Shown: positions 45,926 to 57,301, counted from the stretch's first letter. The stretch: 64,000 bases of DNA from Thermodesulfobacteriota bacterium (GCA_965215275.1 OZ244044.1:1504001-1568000); one strand, 5' to 3'. Notes: generated by a model not told the origin, from the letters alone. Numbers and translations: made by a program.

Positions 45926-47785
45926 ATGAAAAGGTCATTGATACCCAGCATCTTGTTTTTATTCAGTTTAGCAGCTGTTTTTTGTTTCACGTCGGAGTCG
46001 GCTGGTCAGGATAGGAACAGGGTCAAAGATAAGGTAATTACCCAGTTTAAGATTACGGGGAACAAAGCCATTGATATGGGTCTGATAAAGGACAGCATTC
46101 AAACCCAGTTCCCGTCCATAAAACCCTGGATAACAAGACCGAAGTTCGACAGGGACGTTCTTGAGGACGACATAAGAACGATCATGGAACTGCACGCTGA
46201 TCATGGATATTACGACGCTGACGTTTCTTCTGATATCGATGATCACAGTAAAAAAGGCGAAGTAAAAATAAAAATACGAATTGATCAGGGAGACCCGGTA
46301 ATACTAAGGAGTCTCAATATCGTTATAAAAGATGGTTTTTTCAAGCAGGATGCTCGGGACCCGGATCTGAAAGAAGAGATAATAAGAAGAATCTCACTTC
46401 GTCCCGGCACGGTCTTTTCAAAAATTAAATTAATAAACTCCAAGGATGAGATGAACAAGGTCCTGCTGGACGGAGGTTATCCGAAGTTCAATTTAACCCC
46501 TCAAGTACTGGTCAACAGGCAGAGAAAGTGGGCAGAGGCTAATTTTGAGATCAGTACCGGTCCTAAATATAAGTTTGGTAACGTTACGATTTCGGGAAAT
46601 AACACCGTAGCTGATTATCTGATAAAAAGAGAACTCCTATATGCTGCAGGTGATGATTATTCACTTGAAAAGATCACCGACAGTCGGTCGAATATATTTA
46701 GCCTGGGTTACTTTAAGTTCATAGATATTAAACAGGTATACAATGAACAGGAACTGACGGTAGACACTTTGATCTCGGTAGAAGAGAGGAAGTTCGGAAG
46801 TATAAGGGTTGGTGCCGGTTTTGGTTCGGAAGACAGACTGAGAGGACAGCTGAGCGTAACACAGGGGAATTTTATGGGTGGCGGCAGAAATGTTGACTTT
46901 CTTGCTAAAGCTTCTTTTATAACACAGTTAGTTCAGGCAAGTATGAGCCAGCCTTATATTGCTGGCAGAGATTCAGAGTTGATAGGGTTTTTGAGCTTTG
47001 AAAGGAACGACTTTCCCAGTTACGAAGGTTCTTTTACAACTTCTTCCCTGTCTCTTGAAAAAAGATTTATCAAAGACCTGAGAATGCGAGGGTCTTTTGA
47101 CGTTATTTACTCAAAGATCACCTCTCAGTCAACGCTCACTCCAATTGAGCAAAGCCGTCAGAACGTATTTCTGACCACGCTTTCCGGGGTAATTAACTTC
47201 AATACGACCGACGACATATTTAATCCTGCCAGAGGAGTAAACGCCGATGCAAAGGTGGAAATGTCTTTTAAGGGTCTGGGTTCTGAAGTGAACTATGTAT
47301 TGTCGTTCGTGGATATTATGATGTACAAAAGTGTATCAGAATTCGTTTTTGCCAAAAGGTTGGCGGTGGGTTCACTTTATTCGTTTGGTTCTACAGAGGA
47401 CCTTGATATACCGATCTTTAAAAGATTTTTCGCGGGAGGGAGCAACAGCGTCAGAGGCTATGATTTTCAGAAGCTTAGCCCCCTCAACAGCGCAGGAGAT
47501 CCGATCGGTGGTAACTCTCTCTTTCTGGGTAATCTGGAGATCAGAACTCCCCTGTATTTTGACTGGCTTGGAGGGGTGATCTTCCTGGATTACGGCAACG
47601 TCCATTCCGAAAGTTTTGACTATCCTCTGGATGAACTGCAGTACGCGGTCGGGACCGGATTAAGGTACAATACCCTTATAGGACCTTTAAGGCTCGACGT
47701 TGGTTATGCTCTGAACCCTGAACCAGAACCGGAATCAGAGTCTGACAAACTTCATGTTTTTTTCAGCGTTGGTCACGTGTTCTGA
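45926..47785 (+). CDS. Omp85-family outer-membrane protein (TamA/BamA-like, ~3 POTRA domains)
   Basis: Signal peptide, POTRA-like repeats, RFFAGGSNSVRGY, GPLRLD, terminal F. Confidence 0.9.
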   Translation: MKRSLIPSILFLFSLAAVFCFTSESAGQDRNRVKDKVITQFKITGNKAIDMGLIKDSIQTQFPSIKPWITRPKFDRDVLEDDIRTIMELHADHGYYDADVSSDIDDHSKKGEVKIKIRIDQGDPVILRSLNIVIKDGFFKQDARDPDLKEEIIRRISLRPGTVFSKIKLINSKDEMNKVLLDGGYPKFNLTPQVLVNRQRKWAEANFEISTGPKYKFGNVTISGNNTVADYLIKRELLYAAGDDYSLEKITDSRSNIFSLGYFKFIDIKQVYNEQELTVDTLISVEERKFGSIRVGAGFGSEDRLRGQLSVTQGNFMGGGRNVDFLAKASFITQLVQASMSQPYIAGRDSELIGFLSFERNDFPSYEGSFTTSSLSLEKRFIKDLRMRGSFDVIYSKITSQSTLTPIEQSRQNVFLTTLSGVINFNTTDDIFNPARGVNADAKVEMSFKGLGSEVNYVLSFVDIMMYKSVSEFVFAKRLAVGSLYSFGSTEDLDIPIFKRFFAGGSNSVRGYDFQKLSPLNSAGDPIGGNSLFLGNLEIRTPLYFDWLGGVIFLDYGNVHSESFDYPLDELQYAVGTGLRYNTLIGPLRLDVGYALNPEPEPESESDKLHVFFSVGHVF

Positions 47786-47786
47786 T

Positions 47787-48968
47787 CTATATATGGAGTT
47801 TTTTTATCCCTCGTGCCGCCTGTATTATTCTTTTTTCATTCTCGACCAGTGCGAATCTTACAAAACCCTCTCCATACTGTCCAAATCCAATACCTGGGGA
47901 CGTTGCGACCTTGGCTCTTTCTATCAGCAGCTTTGAGAACTCCAAAGAACCGAGCTTTTTAAATTCCTCAGGGATTTTTGCCCAGACGAACATCGTGGCC
48001 TTGGGAACATCTATTTCCCAGCCAGACCTGTTAAATGATTCTATCAGTTTGTCCCTTCTTGCTCTGTACGTGGCGTTAATTTCCTTAACACATTCCTGCG
48101 GTCCATTGAGAGCATGGATCGATGCTATCTGAATTGGCGTGTAGATCCCATAGTCAATATAGCTTTTGATACGCTTCAGTGCATGGACTATTTTTTTGTT
48201 CCCGGACATAAATCCCACTCTCCAGCCTGGCATATTGTAACTTTTAGACAGGGAGTAAAACTCCACGGCCACGTCCCGCGACCCTTTTATTTCCAGTATA
48301 CTGGGTGCTTTGTAACCGTCAAAGCACAGGTCGGCGTAGGCAAGGTCGTGGACCACTATCAATCCGGCTTCTTTCGCCAGGTCCACAATATCTGCAAAGA
48401 ATTTTTTTTCCACGGTTTTAGTGGTAGGGTTGTTAGGGAAAGAAAGTATAAGCACCTTGGGTCTGGGCCATACTTCGTTCAGTTTTTTCTGTATCAGGTC
48501 GATCAGCTCGTTTTCTTCGGCAAGCGGCATGCTCTGAATGTCTCCCCGGGCAATTATTGCGGCATAAATATGGATCGGATACGCGGGATTTGGTACGATA
48601 ACGTTGTCTCCCGGTGAAAGTATCGACAGCATCAGATGGGAGATACCTTCCTTGGACCCTACTGTTACAACGGTTTCAGTATCGGGGTCCAGATCGACGT
48701 CGTAGTTCCTTTTATACCAGCTTGCAATGGCGAGCCTCAGCTTAGGTATTCCTGCAGAAACCGAGTATCTGTGATTTCTGGGATTAGATGAAGCCTCTTT
48801 CAGCTTTTCTACTATATGTTCTGGAGTAGGCTGATCGGGGTTACCCATTCCAAGGTCAATTATATCTTCCCCTTTTGCTCTTGCCTCTGTCTTGTATTCA
48901 TTGACCATGTTGAACACGTAAGAGGGCAGTCTTTTTATAAGGGAGAGATCATCTTCCAAGTTAATCAT
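47787..48968 (-). CDS. Class I aminotransferase (AlaC / LL-DAP aminotransferase-like)
   Basis: [35 protein letters not shown]. Confidence 0.88.
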   Translation of the reverse strand: MINLEDDLSLIKRLPSYVFNMVNEYKTEARAKGEDIIDLGMGNPDQPTPEHIVEKLKEASSNPRNHRYSVSAGIPKLRLAIASWYKRNYDVDLDPDTETVVTVGSKEGISHLMLSILSPGDNVIVPNPAYPIHIYAAIIARGDIQSMPLAEENELIDLIQKKLNEVWPRPKVLILSFPNNPTTKTVEKKFFADIVDLAKEAGLIVVHDLAYADLCFDGYKAPSILEIKGSRDVAVEFYSLSKSYNMPGWRVGFMSGNKKIVHALKRIKSYIDYGIYTPIQIASIHALNGPQECVKEINATYRARRDKLIESFNRSGWEIDVPKATMFVWAKIPEEFKKLGSLEFSKLLIERAKVATSPGIGFGQYGEGFVRFALVENEKRIIQAARGIKKLHI

Positions 48969-49270
48969 TGTTCGGCTTCCAGAACTGTAGAACGATGCTT
49001 TATATTATAATTACCCATAATTTCAAGGCAAGTATTCAGTAGACGGGTCCGGAGTAACTGGCTTTACAATATGGACCGACTTTCTTATTTATAATAGTGG
49101 CAGGTCGTTCAAAGCGTCAGAACTCTCCTGGATATGGGAAGTTTACCGCGGGGGCATGAAATGGTTGAATTTAATACTTTTACAGACATTTTATTTGTCT
49201 GACAGCAGCTTTATTGCTTATAATTATATTTCATAATCAGTGGGTGATCTGGATGATACCGAAGGCAACT

Positions 49271-49960
49271 ATGTTTAAAGCCATTTTCACTTTTTTCTTT
49301 ATATGTTTACTTATAGTAGCAGTAAGCTGTACAGGGGGCCGTTCAGTGGCTCGTGAAAGTTATGATACCACCACGGGTTATAAACACGACCCGAAGAGCG
49401 TTGATGGTTACAGCCAGATAGGTATTGCTTCGTGGTACGGTGATAAAGAGCATGGGAACAAGACGGCAACTGGGGAAAAGTTCAACAGATACGCCTACAC
49501 GGCTGCTCATAAAACCCTGCCTTTCGGTACGGTTGTGCGAGTTACGAACCTGGATAACGGAAGGGACGTAATAGTCGTGATAAACGACAGAGGTCCATTT
49601 ATCAAGGGCAGGATTATAGATCTTTCCTACTCGTCTGCACGTTCTGTCGGTCTGGTTAAAACGGGAATAGCCAAGGTTAAAGTGGAGGTGATCTCGTCAC
49701 CTTCATCAAGGAGTGACAGCTATTTCAAACCTATCTACACCTTGCAGGTCGGGTCTTTCAGCAGCCAGGTCAATGCTTCGTCGGTAAAGGGCAACTTGAG
49801 TTCCGAACTGAGCGATGATGTAAGAATAGAAAGGGTCAGTGTCAAGGGGGATACCTATTACAGAGTAAGGGTCGGGATGTTTTCCGACAGAGCACAGGCC
49901 GAGAGTCTGAAAAAAAAGCTCAGAAATTACGGTTACAGGGGAAGAGTGGTGCTTGAATAA
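49271..49960 (+). CDS. rlpA: Septal ring lytic transglycosylase RlpA with SPOR domain
   Basis: Lipobox [41 protein letters not shown]. Confidence 0.93.
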   Translation: MFKAIFTFFFICLLIVAVSCTGGRSVARESYDTTTGYKHDPKSVDGYSQIGIASWYGDKEHGNKTATGEKFNRYAYTAAHKTLPFGTVVRVTNLDNGRDVIVVINDRGPFIKGRIIDLSYSSARSVGLVKTGIAKVKVEVISSPSSRSDSYFKPIYTLQVGSFSSQVNASSVKGNLSSELSDDVRIERVSVKGDTYYRVRVGMFSDRAQAESLKKKLRNYGYRGRVVLE

Positions 49961-49994
49961 CAAGGACCTTCTCTGTGTCAGGTAATGTGTTCAA

Positions 49995-50795
49995 ATGTCA
50001 AAGATCAGAATAACTGACCTTCATACAATGAAGAAAAGCGGTGAGAAGATCACAGCGATCACTGCTTATGATACCTGTACGGCCGAGATCGTGGATGAAG
50101 CCGGGATAGACGTTGTGCTTGTTGGAGACTCTGTCGGGAACGTGATACAGGGTAAAAAGGATACGCTCTCTGTAACGATGGATGAAATGATCTATCATAC
50201 GCTGATGGTCTCCAGGGGTCTGAACAGAGCTCATCTGTCCGGTGATATGCCTTTTATGTCCTATCAGGCATCTGAAGCGGATGCCGTGAGGAACGCTGGA
50301 AGGTTTCTCAAGGAAGGACGGGCAGAATCGGTGAAATTAGAGGTTAACGAAGAGTACATAGACACCTTGTATGCAATAAAAAAGGCTGGCATACCCGTTA
50401 TATCTCATATTGGCCTCTGTCCTCAATCCGTTCACGTTATGGGAGGATATAAAGTGCAGGGGCGTTCAAAAAAAGATGAGGAACACATATCAAAGCTGGC
50501 ACTTCTGTCAGAGGAGGCGGGAGCTTTTATGCTTCTGCTTGAGAGTGTTCCTGCAAAGCTTGCACAAAGTATAACCAGGTCGGTAAATATCCCGACCATA
50601 GGTATTGGTGCGGGGGAGTACTGCGACGGTCAGATCCTGGTATTTCACGATATGGTGGGGTTAAGCAAAGGGCCACAGCCCAAATTCGTAAAAAGATTTA
50701 CCGAAGGCAGAAAACTGTTTAAAGATGCTACCGAGAAATACATAGATCATATAAAGAAGGGAAAATATCCTGCCAAGGGGCAATCTTATGTCTGA
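49995..50795 (+). CDS. panB: 3-methyl-2-oxobutanoate hydroxymethyltransferase
   Basis: TAYD, LVGDS, DMPFMSY, IPTIGIGAG..CDGQILV. Confidence 0.97.
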   Translation: MSKIRITDLHTMKKSGEKITAITAYDTCTAEIVDEAGIDVVLVGDSVGNVIQGKKDTLSVTMDEMIYHTLMVSRGLNRAHLSGDMPFMSYQASEADAVRNAGRFLKEGRAESVKLEVNEEYIDTLYAIKKAGIPVISHIGLCPQSVHVMGGYKVQGRSKKDEEHISKLALLSEEAGAFMLLLESVPAKLAQSITRSVNIPTIGIGAGEYCDGQILVFHDMVGLSKGPQPKFVKRFTEGRKLFKDATEKYIDHIKKGKYPAKGQSYV

Positions 50796-51645
50796 TCCTA
50801 ATGGTCCGTTAATCATAACTGAATCATCAAAAATGCAGCTGTTTTCAAATGATCTGAAAAAGAGAGGCAAAAAGATCGCTTTTGTTCCCACTATGGGAGG
50901 ACTTCATAAGGGACATTTAAGCCTTGTATCAAAGGCGAACGAACTGGGTGACGTCAGCGTGGTGAGCATTTTTGTAAATCCAGCGCAGTTTGATGACAGT
51001 GAGGATCTTATATCTTATGCACGAAATATTGAAGGTGATCTTGAAAAGTTATCGGACTACAAGGTCAATGTGGTCTTTTCACCGGATGCCTCTGAGATCT
51101 ATTCCCCTGGTTTCCAGACTTACGTTGAAGTAACGGAGCTTCAGGACTGCATGTGCGGGTTACATCGACCAGGCCATTTCAGAGGGGTAGCCACGGTGGT
51201 GCTGAAGCTGTTTAATATAGTCAAACCGGACTATGCGATTTTTGGACAAAAAGACTATCAGCAGTTAAAGATAATTGAGAGAATGGTCAAGGACCTGGAT
51301 CTGGAAGTTACGATAGTTCCTATGCCTATAGTGAGAGATAAGGATGGGTTGGCCATGAGTTCCAGGAACAGTAACCTTTCAGCGGAACAAAGACGGCAGG
51401 CCGTTATGATCTCAAAAGCCTTGTTCAGTATCAGACAGAGCTTTCTGCAAGGCTGTAAGGACGTTTCCCGCCTTGTTGAAGTTGGAGAGAGGGTACTTGC
51501 CGATTCCGATATTGATAACGTAGACTTTTTAGAGATAAGGGATCCGGAAAGCCTTGCTCTGGTGCAGGAGGCTAGATCCGGCGACCTGATTGCTCTTGCT
51601 GCAAGAATAGGGAAAACTAGACTTATTGACAATGTAGAATTGTAA
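50788..51645 (+). CDS. panC: Pantoate--beta-alanine ligase
   Basis: VPTMGGLHKGH, RPGHFRGV, FGQKDYQQ, GLAMSSRN, RLIDN. Confidence 0.97.
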   Translation: MSDPNGPLIITESSKMQLFSNDLKKRGKKIAFVPTMGGLHKGHLSLVSKANELGDVSVVSIFVNPAQFDDSEDLISYARNIEGDLEKLSDYKVNVVFSPDASEIYSPGFQTYVEVTELQDCMCGLHRPGHFRGVATVVLKLFNIVKPDYAIFGQKDYQQLKIIERMVKDLDLEVTIVPMPIVRDKDGLAMSSRNSNLSAEQRRQAVMISKALFSIRQSFLQGCKDVSRLVEVGERVLADSDIDNVDFLEIRDPESLALVQEARSGDLIALAARIGKTRLIDNVEL

Positions 51646-51672
51646 TTATTTACTTTTAGAGGATATTACATA

Positions 51673-52062
51673 ATGAGAAGGTCACTGCTTAAATCAAAGA
51701 TCCATCGTGCCAGGGTCACAGAAGCGGACCTGGACTATGAAGGAAGTCTTACGATCGACAGGCACTTAATGGACGCTGCTGATCTGCTTCCCTACGAAAA
51801 GGTTCATGTTTTTAATATTACGAACGGTCATAGGTTTGTGACGTACGTTATAGAGGGTGATATGGGTTCCAATACGATCTGCGTGAACGGTGCTGCGGCT
51901 CATCTGGCAAAAAAAGGTGACTTTCTTATAATTGCGAGTTTTTCCTCCTATGATGAAGATGAATGCAAGGACCATGTTCCCAGGTTAATATACGTAAATG
52001 AGTTTAACGAACTGACCGGGCTTGAACCTGACAGCGTCAGATTAGAACTGACCAAAGGATGA
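51673..52062 (+). CDS. panD: Aspartate 1-decarboxylase
   Basis: [21 protein letters not shown]. Confidence 0.97.
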   Translation: MRRSLLKSKIHRARVTEADLDYEGSLTIDRHLMDAADLLPYEKVHVFNITNGHRFVTYVIEGDMGSNTICVNGAAAHLAKKGDFLIIASFSSYDEDECKDHVPRLIYVNEFNELTGLEPDSVRLELTKG

Positions 52063-52413
52063 TTTATCCGTCTTTATGTCTGAAGGGAAACTGCCGCGTT
52101 TATCAGGTGACGACAGATCATTGGCACAAAACAGATGTCCATAGCATTAAAGGTACTGTCTTGTTTTTTATATACTTCACCGTTATACTTACCATGATAT
52201 ATGAAATTTCTCACAGGGCTTTGTTCTTTTGTAGTTGTTTGATATCATTGACTTGTCAAAAAAAGTACACAGTCCTCAAAATATTTAGTTGACAAACTCA
52301 GGCTTTAGGTTACAAAATATAGGCTAAAGATATATAAAGACCGAGAAAAGGTAATATACGATCTGCTATTATAAATCGTTCTCAAAATTAAACAGCTTAA
52401 GGAAAACTAATAA

Positions 52414-53193
52414 ATGAAAGCAATAATACTTGCTGCCGGCAGAGGCACCAGGCTATATCCATACACTCAGTACGTACCTAAATGTTTACTTGACATTGGC
52501 GGGGTAACGATCTTGGAACATCAGCTCAATCATATAAGGGACTGTGGAATAAGTGAAGTAGCGGTCGTCGTTGGTTTTGGTTTTGAAAAAGTAGAGAATT
52601 TCCTGAGAAGCTACGATGGACTGGGGATTAAGATCAAAACGCTTTACAATCCTTTTTATCAGACGACGAACAGCTTGATATCTCTGTGTATCGCTCGTGG
52701 TGAGATGGATGATGACGTGTTGATAATGAACGGGGATGACGTTTTTGAAATTGAAGTGATCAACAAGGTCCTGAAAGTTTCAAGTGAAAAGTTCTGTATG
52801 CCTATCAAGGTCAGAGAAGCGTATGATGAAGAGGATATGAAGATCAGGTTAGATAAGAACAAGATAGTGGATATAAGCAAAGGTATTACAAGCAACATAT
52901 CTGCAGAATCAGTAGGATTACGGGTGTTCAGGGACACCGGGGTGGAGATACTGAAAAGGGCCATTGAAGAAGAGATGCGTACCGTCTTTTCAGAAAAGAA
53001 ATGGTACATATCTGCGGTTCAAAGACTGATCAACAGAGGTTATAAGATCCAGTCACTTGATATAGGGGACCTTTTCTGGATGGACGTTGATTATCCAGCT
53101 GATCTGCTTAAAGTAAGAGCGAATTCGGACAAGTTCCTGAATTTCGATCATAACCAGCCTTATCTGCGAGTGGTGGAATCTAACCTAGGATAG
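52414..53193 (+). CDS. NTP transferase (LicC/IPCT-like cytidylyltransferase)
   Basis: AIILAAGRGTRL, PKCLL, NGD, WMDVD. Confidence 0.85.
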   Translation: MKAIILAAGRGTRLYPYTQYVPKCLLDIGGVTILEHQLNHIRDCGISEVAVVVGFGFEKVENFLRSYDGLGIKIKTLYNPFYQTTNSLISLCIARGEMDDDVLIMNGDDVFEIEVINKVLKVSSEKFCMPIKVREAYDEEDMKIRLDKNKIVDISKGITSNISAESVGLRVFRDTGVEILKRAIEEEMRTVFSEKKWYISAVQRLINRGYKIQSLDIGDLFWMDVDYPADLLKVRANSDKFLNFDHNQPYLRVVESNLG

Positions 53194-54446
53194 TGCACGC
53201 TTTAGTTATAGTCTCCGGTACTGGTTTAAATGGAGAGTCGCTCCACTCGTTTTCTTTTCTTTCAGTTGCCAATGTCGTCCAGCTGAAAAGGATACTGATC
53301 AATGCTGAAAGGGCTGGTATTACTCATTTCACCCTTGTCTGCGACGAGAGCAGTAAATTCCCAGTACTTGAACTGATCAAAGATAAAAGGATCCAGTCAC
53401 GGATCGATCTGGTAACGGAAAGTTCAAAACCAGGTCCGTACGTTGCAGAAGAATATATCGTTATTCAATCCAATCTTTTAACTTACTCCACCTCTATAAG
53501 ATCATTTATTGATATATCCAAAGGTAAAACTGCCTCCACCGTGCTTTGCGATGGTAAGGAACGTTACGGTTTGTTAAAAGTAAATAAAGCGGACGCGGAA
53601 AAGATCGTTAACGGAAGGGACCTTAGTTACTGGATCGAGCAGCAAAGTGAGAGTTCCATTGAGCACGTCACCGTGGAAGAAGGTTACTATATCAGCCTGA
53701 GCAACGACGAAAGATCACTTAAACGGGCAGAGGACCTGATATTTTCCAACGTAGGTAAAACTGCAACCGGCTGGATAGCAAGGAACGTAAACGGCAGGAT
53801 ATCACTGCCTATCAGTCGTCAGCTGGTTAAAACTTCCTTGACGCCTAATATGGTAAGCCTGTTAATAAACGTGTTCGGTGTACTGTGCGGACCTTTTTAC
53901 GCGATGGGTCATCCCGTTCTTGGAGCGATGTTTATGCAGATCGCCACGATCCTGGACCGATGCGATGGGGAGGTTGCCAGAGTTAAGCTCATGGAAACTA
54001 AAAAGGGACAGTGGGTGGACACGATCAGCGATCAGTTCACGGTGCTTTCTTTTTATATAGGACTTCCGATCGGTTTCTATTATTACGGAGTTCAGGATAC
54101 CTGGGTTCTTGCGATCGGAGCAATGAACATATTACTGTATATATTTTTCCTTATATGGTCTTTTTACTTTCTTGCGAACTATACGAACTCGGGAAGTCTG
54201 GTCGCCTATTTTGAAGTCGATAAAATAGTGGATAAAAAAAATACTTCCATTATAAGAAAGTTTGCAGCTTTTTTAAGACCGGCAGGCAGGAGGAACGTTT
54301 ATTCTCTGGGCTTTTTTATTATGGCGGTCATATCAGGCTACGAACTGGTCTTTCTTTTTGCCACCATAGGCATAATCTTATTTTTTATTCATCAGTTCGA
54401 GGATATGATAAGAATGAAAAATCAAAGAAAAGAAACCCTCAAATAG
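53193..54446 (+). CDS. CDP-alcohol phosphatidyltransferase with degenerate N-terminal NTP-transferase-like domain
   Basis: TPNMVS and LDRCDGEVAR...GQWVDTISD signature; TM helices. Confidence 0.85.
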   Translation: MHALVIVSGTGLNGESLHSFSFLSVANVVQLKRILINAERAGITHFTLVCDESSKFPVLELIKDKRIQSRIDLVTESSKPGPYVAEEYIVIQSNLLTYSTSIRSFIDISKGKTASTVLCDGKERYGLLKVNKADAEKIVNGRDLSYWIEQQSESSIEHVTVEEGYYISLSNDERSLKRAEDLIFSNVGKTATGWIARNVNGRISLPISRQLVKTSLTPNMVSLLINVFGVLCGPFYAMGHPVLGAMFMQIATILDRCDGEVARVKLMETKKGQWVDTISDQFTVLSFYIGLPIGFYYYGVQDTWVLAIGAMNILLYIFFLIWSFYFLANYTNSGSLVAYFEVDKIVDKKNTSIIRKFAAFLRPAGRRNVYSLGFFIMAVISGYELVFLFATIGIILFFIHQFEDMIRMKNQRKETLK

Positions 54447-54499
54447 TTTCAGGATAATACTTTCACTGAACCGAATTACCCGGTAAGAAAGCTATAAAG

Positions 54500-56059
54500 A
54501 TGTCAATTGAGACTTATGAACTTGAGATATTCAACAATGCTCTTGCTACTATAGCAGAGGAGATGGGGTCAGCTTTGATCAGTTCCGCGTTCTCTCCGAA
54601 TATAAAAGAGCGAAAGGATATTTCATGTGCGATATTCAGTGCAGCAGGAGATATGATCGCACAGGCCGCTCACATTCCGGTACATCTTGGTTCAATGTCC
54701 TTTTCGGTTCAGGCGATCCTGGATGAAGATATATGTGAGGGGGATATTTTTATTCTGAACGATCCTTTTGATGGAGGGACCCATCTTCCGGACATTACCT
54801 GTATAACTCCCCTGATATACGAAGGAAGACCTGAATTTTTTCTGGTATCCAGGGCTCATCACGCTGATATTGGTGGTAATACGCCAGGATCAATGCCTCT
54901 TTCCAGTTCAATACACGAGGAGGGGTTGATCATTTCTTCATCCAGGCTCTACCATCGTGGAGTGCAGAATAAGAAGCTCATGCAGAAAATACTTCTTGCC
55001 ACCAGAGACCCTGAGGAACGGGAGGGGGACCTGAACGCTCAGATCGCGTGTCTTGACCTTGGAAGGTCCAGGCTGTTTGAACTTATAGGTAAGTATGGCA
55101 GTATCGGTACAATAAAAGAAGCATCGTCCAAGCTTCTGACTTACAGTGAAGATATCATAAAGGCTGTTATCCGTGATATACCGGACGGGACCTACACGTT
55201 TGAAGATTCCCTTGATGACGACGGTCAAGGCAGCAGGGATATTGAGATAAGGGTCGAAGTCAGGATCGAAGGAGAGGACGCCATTGTTGATTTTCATGGC
55301 AGTTCTCAGAAGGTAAAAGGGTGCCTGAACGTACCTTACAGCGTTACTGTATCAGCGGTCCTTTACGTGTTTCAGTGTCTGGCACCTGAACATATACCGC
55401 TTAACTCGGGTCCTCTTAGGGCCATAAAGATCAATGTTGATGAAAACTCGATCTTAAACGCAAAGTATCCCAGTGCAGTCGTTGGTGGTAACGTGGAAAC
55501 GTCACAGAGGATAGTGGACGTTGTTTTTGGGGCCTTGTCAAAGGCTATGCCCGAGATGATCCCTGCGGCGAGTTGCGGAACTATGAACAATGTTACATTT
55601 GGAGGGATAATTCCTGAAAGCAATATGGAATTTGCATATTATGAAACGATCGCGGGCGGTATGGGCGGAAGAAAAGGAATAAACGGAGTTAGTGCGGTTC
55701 AAACCCATATGACAAATACACTGAACACACCTGTTGAATCGCTTGAGAAGGACCTGCCTTTACTTATAAATTCTTACTCGATACGTGAAGGTTCTGGTGG
55801 TGAGGGGAAGTACAGGGGAGGAGACGGCATCGTGAGGGAGATCAAATTCCTTACTGACGTGAGCATGTCCCTGATAACAGAGAGAAGGCTGAGCTTCCCT
55901 TATGGAATAAATGGAGGTCAGGGGGGTAAGCCCGGGAGAAATATATTAGTTGTTAACAGCAGAAGGACTGAACTTCCTCCCAAAACAGCTTTCAATGTTA
56001 AAAAAGGGGAGACCGTTCGTATAGAAACTCCTGGCGGTGGCGGCTGGGGATCTAAATAA
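54500..56059 (+). CDS. Hydantoinase B / 5-oxoprolinase subunit family protein
   Basis: SPNIKERKD, HIPVHLG, NDPFDGGTHLPD, AHHADIGG, TPGGGGWG. Confidence 0.92.
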   Translation: MSIETYELEIFNNALATIAEEMGSALISSAFSPNIKERKDISCAIFSAAGDMIAQAAHIPVHLGSMSFSVQAILDEDICEGDIFILNDPFDGGTHLPDITCITPLIYEGRPEFFLVSRAHHADIGGNTPGSMPLSSSIHEEGLIISSSRLYHRGVQNKKLMQKILLATRDPEEREGDLNAQIACLDLGRSRLFELIGKYGSIGTIKEASSKLLTYSEDIIKAVIRDIPDGTYTFEDSLDDDGQGSRDIEIRVEVRIEGEDAIVDFHGSSQKVKGCLNVPYSVTVSAVLYVFQCLAPEHIPLNSGPLRAIKINVDENSILNAKYPSAVVGGNVETSQRIVDVVFGALSKAMPEMIPAASCGTMNNVTFGGIIPESNMEFAYYETIAGGMGGRKGINGVSAVQTHMTNTLNTPVESLEKDLPLLINSYSIREGSGGEGKYRGGDGIVREIKFLTDVSMSLITERRLSFPYGINGGQGGKPGRNILVVNSRRTELPPKTAFNVKKGETVRIETPGGGGWGSK

Positions 56060-56090
56060 AAAACGGCTTTTTACAGGCAGCGAATTTTTA

Positions 56091-57047
56091 ATGAAAAAAT
56101 TTTTTATAGTTGATGCTCACGAGGACATAGCATTTCATCTAAGCTATTTCAATCGGGATTTTAACGACACAGAGGCACGTTGCATGATAACGCTTCCCTG
56201 GCTCCAGGAGGCTGAAGTACGGCTGGTATTCAACACCATATTTGTTCATCCGAAGCACAGACCTCGTAAAACGGTGCAGAAGGCAAAGCAGCAGGTCGAA
56301 ATTTATGAACGGCTCTACGAAAAATACAAAGACGCAGTTATGAAGATCAGCAGCTTAGGTGATCTGGAGGAGCTTGAAAAAAACGACAAGATAGGATTTC
56401 TAACCCTTATGGAGGGTGCCGATCCACTTGTTCAGGATATTGATGAACTGAAATTCTATCATGACATGGGGCTTAGGGTATTAGGGCTTTCATGGAACAA
56501 CTCCAACAGATTTGCATCGGGTATGGAAACCAAAAAAGGACTTACAGAAGATGGCGTGAGACTGATCGAGAAGATGAACGAGTTGGGTATTACCCTGGAC
56601 CTGTCTCATCTTAATGAAAAATCGTTCTGGCGTGCTGTAGATTCGACCCGGTTAATTCCCGTAGCCACGCATTCCAATGCAAGGTCATTAACCGATCATC
56701 CGAGAAATCTCAGGGACGAGCAATTAAAGGCGATTTCCGAAAGAGATGGAGTTGTGGGAATAGTTTTTTATAACTCATTTCTTAAAACTAAAAATTCACC
56801 GCCGACTTTAGAGGATATATTTAAACATACTGACTACATTATAGATCTTTGTGGTGAGGATCATGTAGGAATCGGTACAGATTTTGACGGTGGACGTATT
56901 TGCGAGTTTCCCAGGGAAATAAATAACATATCTAAACTTTCGTTAGTGACAGACTATTTTTTAGAGCGTGGTTATAGCAGGGAAAGAGTAGAAAAGATTA
57001 TGGGTAGAAACTTTCTAAGAGTAATGAAAATAAATCTTTCAAAGTGA
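56091..57047 (+). CDS. Membrane dipeptidase (M19) family protein
   Basis: VDAHED, MEGAD, DLSHL, THSNAR, GIGTDFDG. Confidence 0.9.
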   Translation: MKKFFIVDAHEDIAFHLSYFNRDFNDTEARCMITLPWLQEAEVRLVFNTIFVHPKHRPRKTVQKAKQQVEIYERLYEKYKDAVMKISSLGDLEELEKNDKIGFLTLMEGADPLVQDIDELKFYHDMGLRVLGLSWNNSNRFASGMETKKGLTEDGVRLIEKMNELGITLDLSHLNEKSFWRAVDSTRLIPVATHSNARSLTDHPRNLRDEQLKAISERDGVVGIVFYNSFLKTKNSPPTLEDIFKHTDYIIDLCGEDHVGIGTDFDGGRICEFPREINNISKLSLVTDYFLERGYSRERVEKIMGRNFLRVMKINLSK

Positions 57048-57097
57048 AATACAGTTTACCTTACATTATCATAAACATGCATAGATATTGTTCATAC

Positions 57098-57127
57098 TTG
57101 ACATTCGTTCATAATACTTGGTAAAAT
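57098..57127 (+). promoter_or_regulatory. sigma70-type promoter of paralog 3
   Basis: TTGACA, 18-nt spacer, TAAAAT with extended TGn. Confidence 0.65.
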
Positions 57128-57173
57128 ATCAATGTTATGAAAAATCCAAACATAAAAACACGTAGTTCCATTA

Positions 57174-57182
57174 CCCCCCCCC
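57174..57182 (+). repeat. poly-C tract 1 (C9) of paralog 3
   Basis: ORF from ATG 57137 (MKNPNIKTRSSITPP) stops at TAA 57221; C10 would open the conserved inter-tract frame. Confidence 0.9.
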
Positions 57183-57243
57183 ATGTATACCTGACCTTTC
57201 AGCCTGGTATAAGTATTCTGTAAGAAAAATGTTTAAGATAATA

Positions 57244-57252
57244 CCCCCCCCC
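57244..57252 (+). repeat. poly-C tract 2 (C9) of paralog 3
   Basis: Frame through ATG 57229 stops at TAA 57256; C8 or C11 would fuse it to SKSLLTLVLFLLFIISMAA and the main ORF. Confidence 0.9.
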
Positions 57253-57301
57253 ATCTAAGTCATTACTAACTTTAGTCTTATTTCTTCTGTTTATAATTTC
57301 T

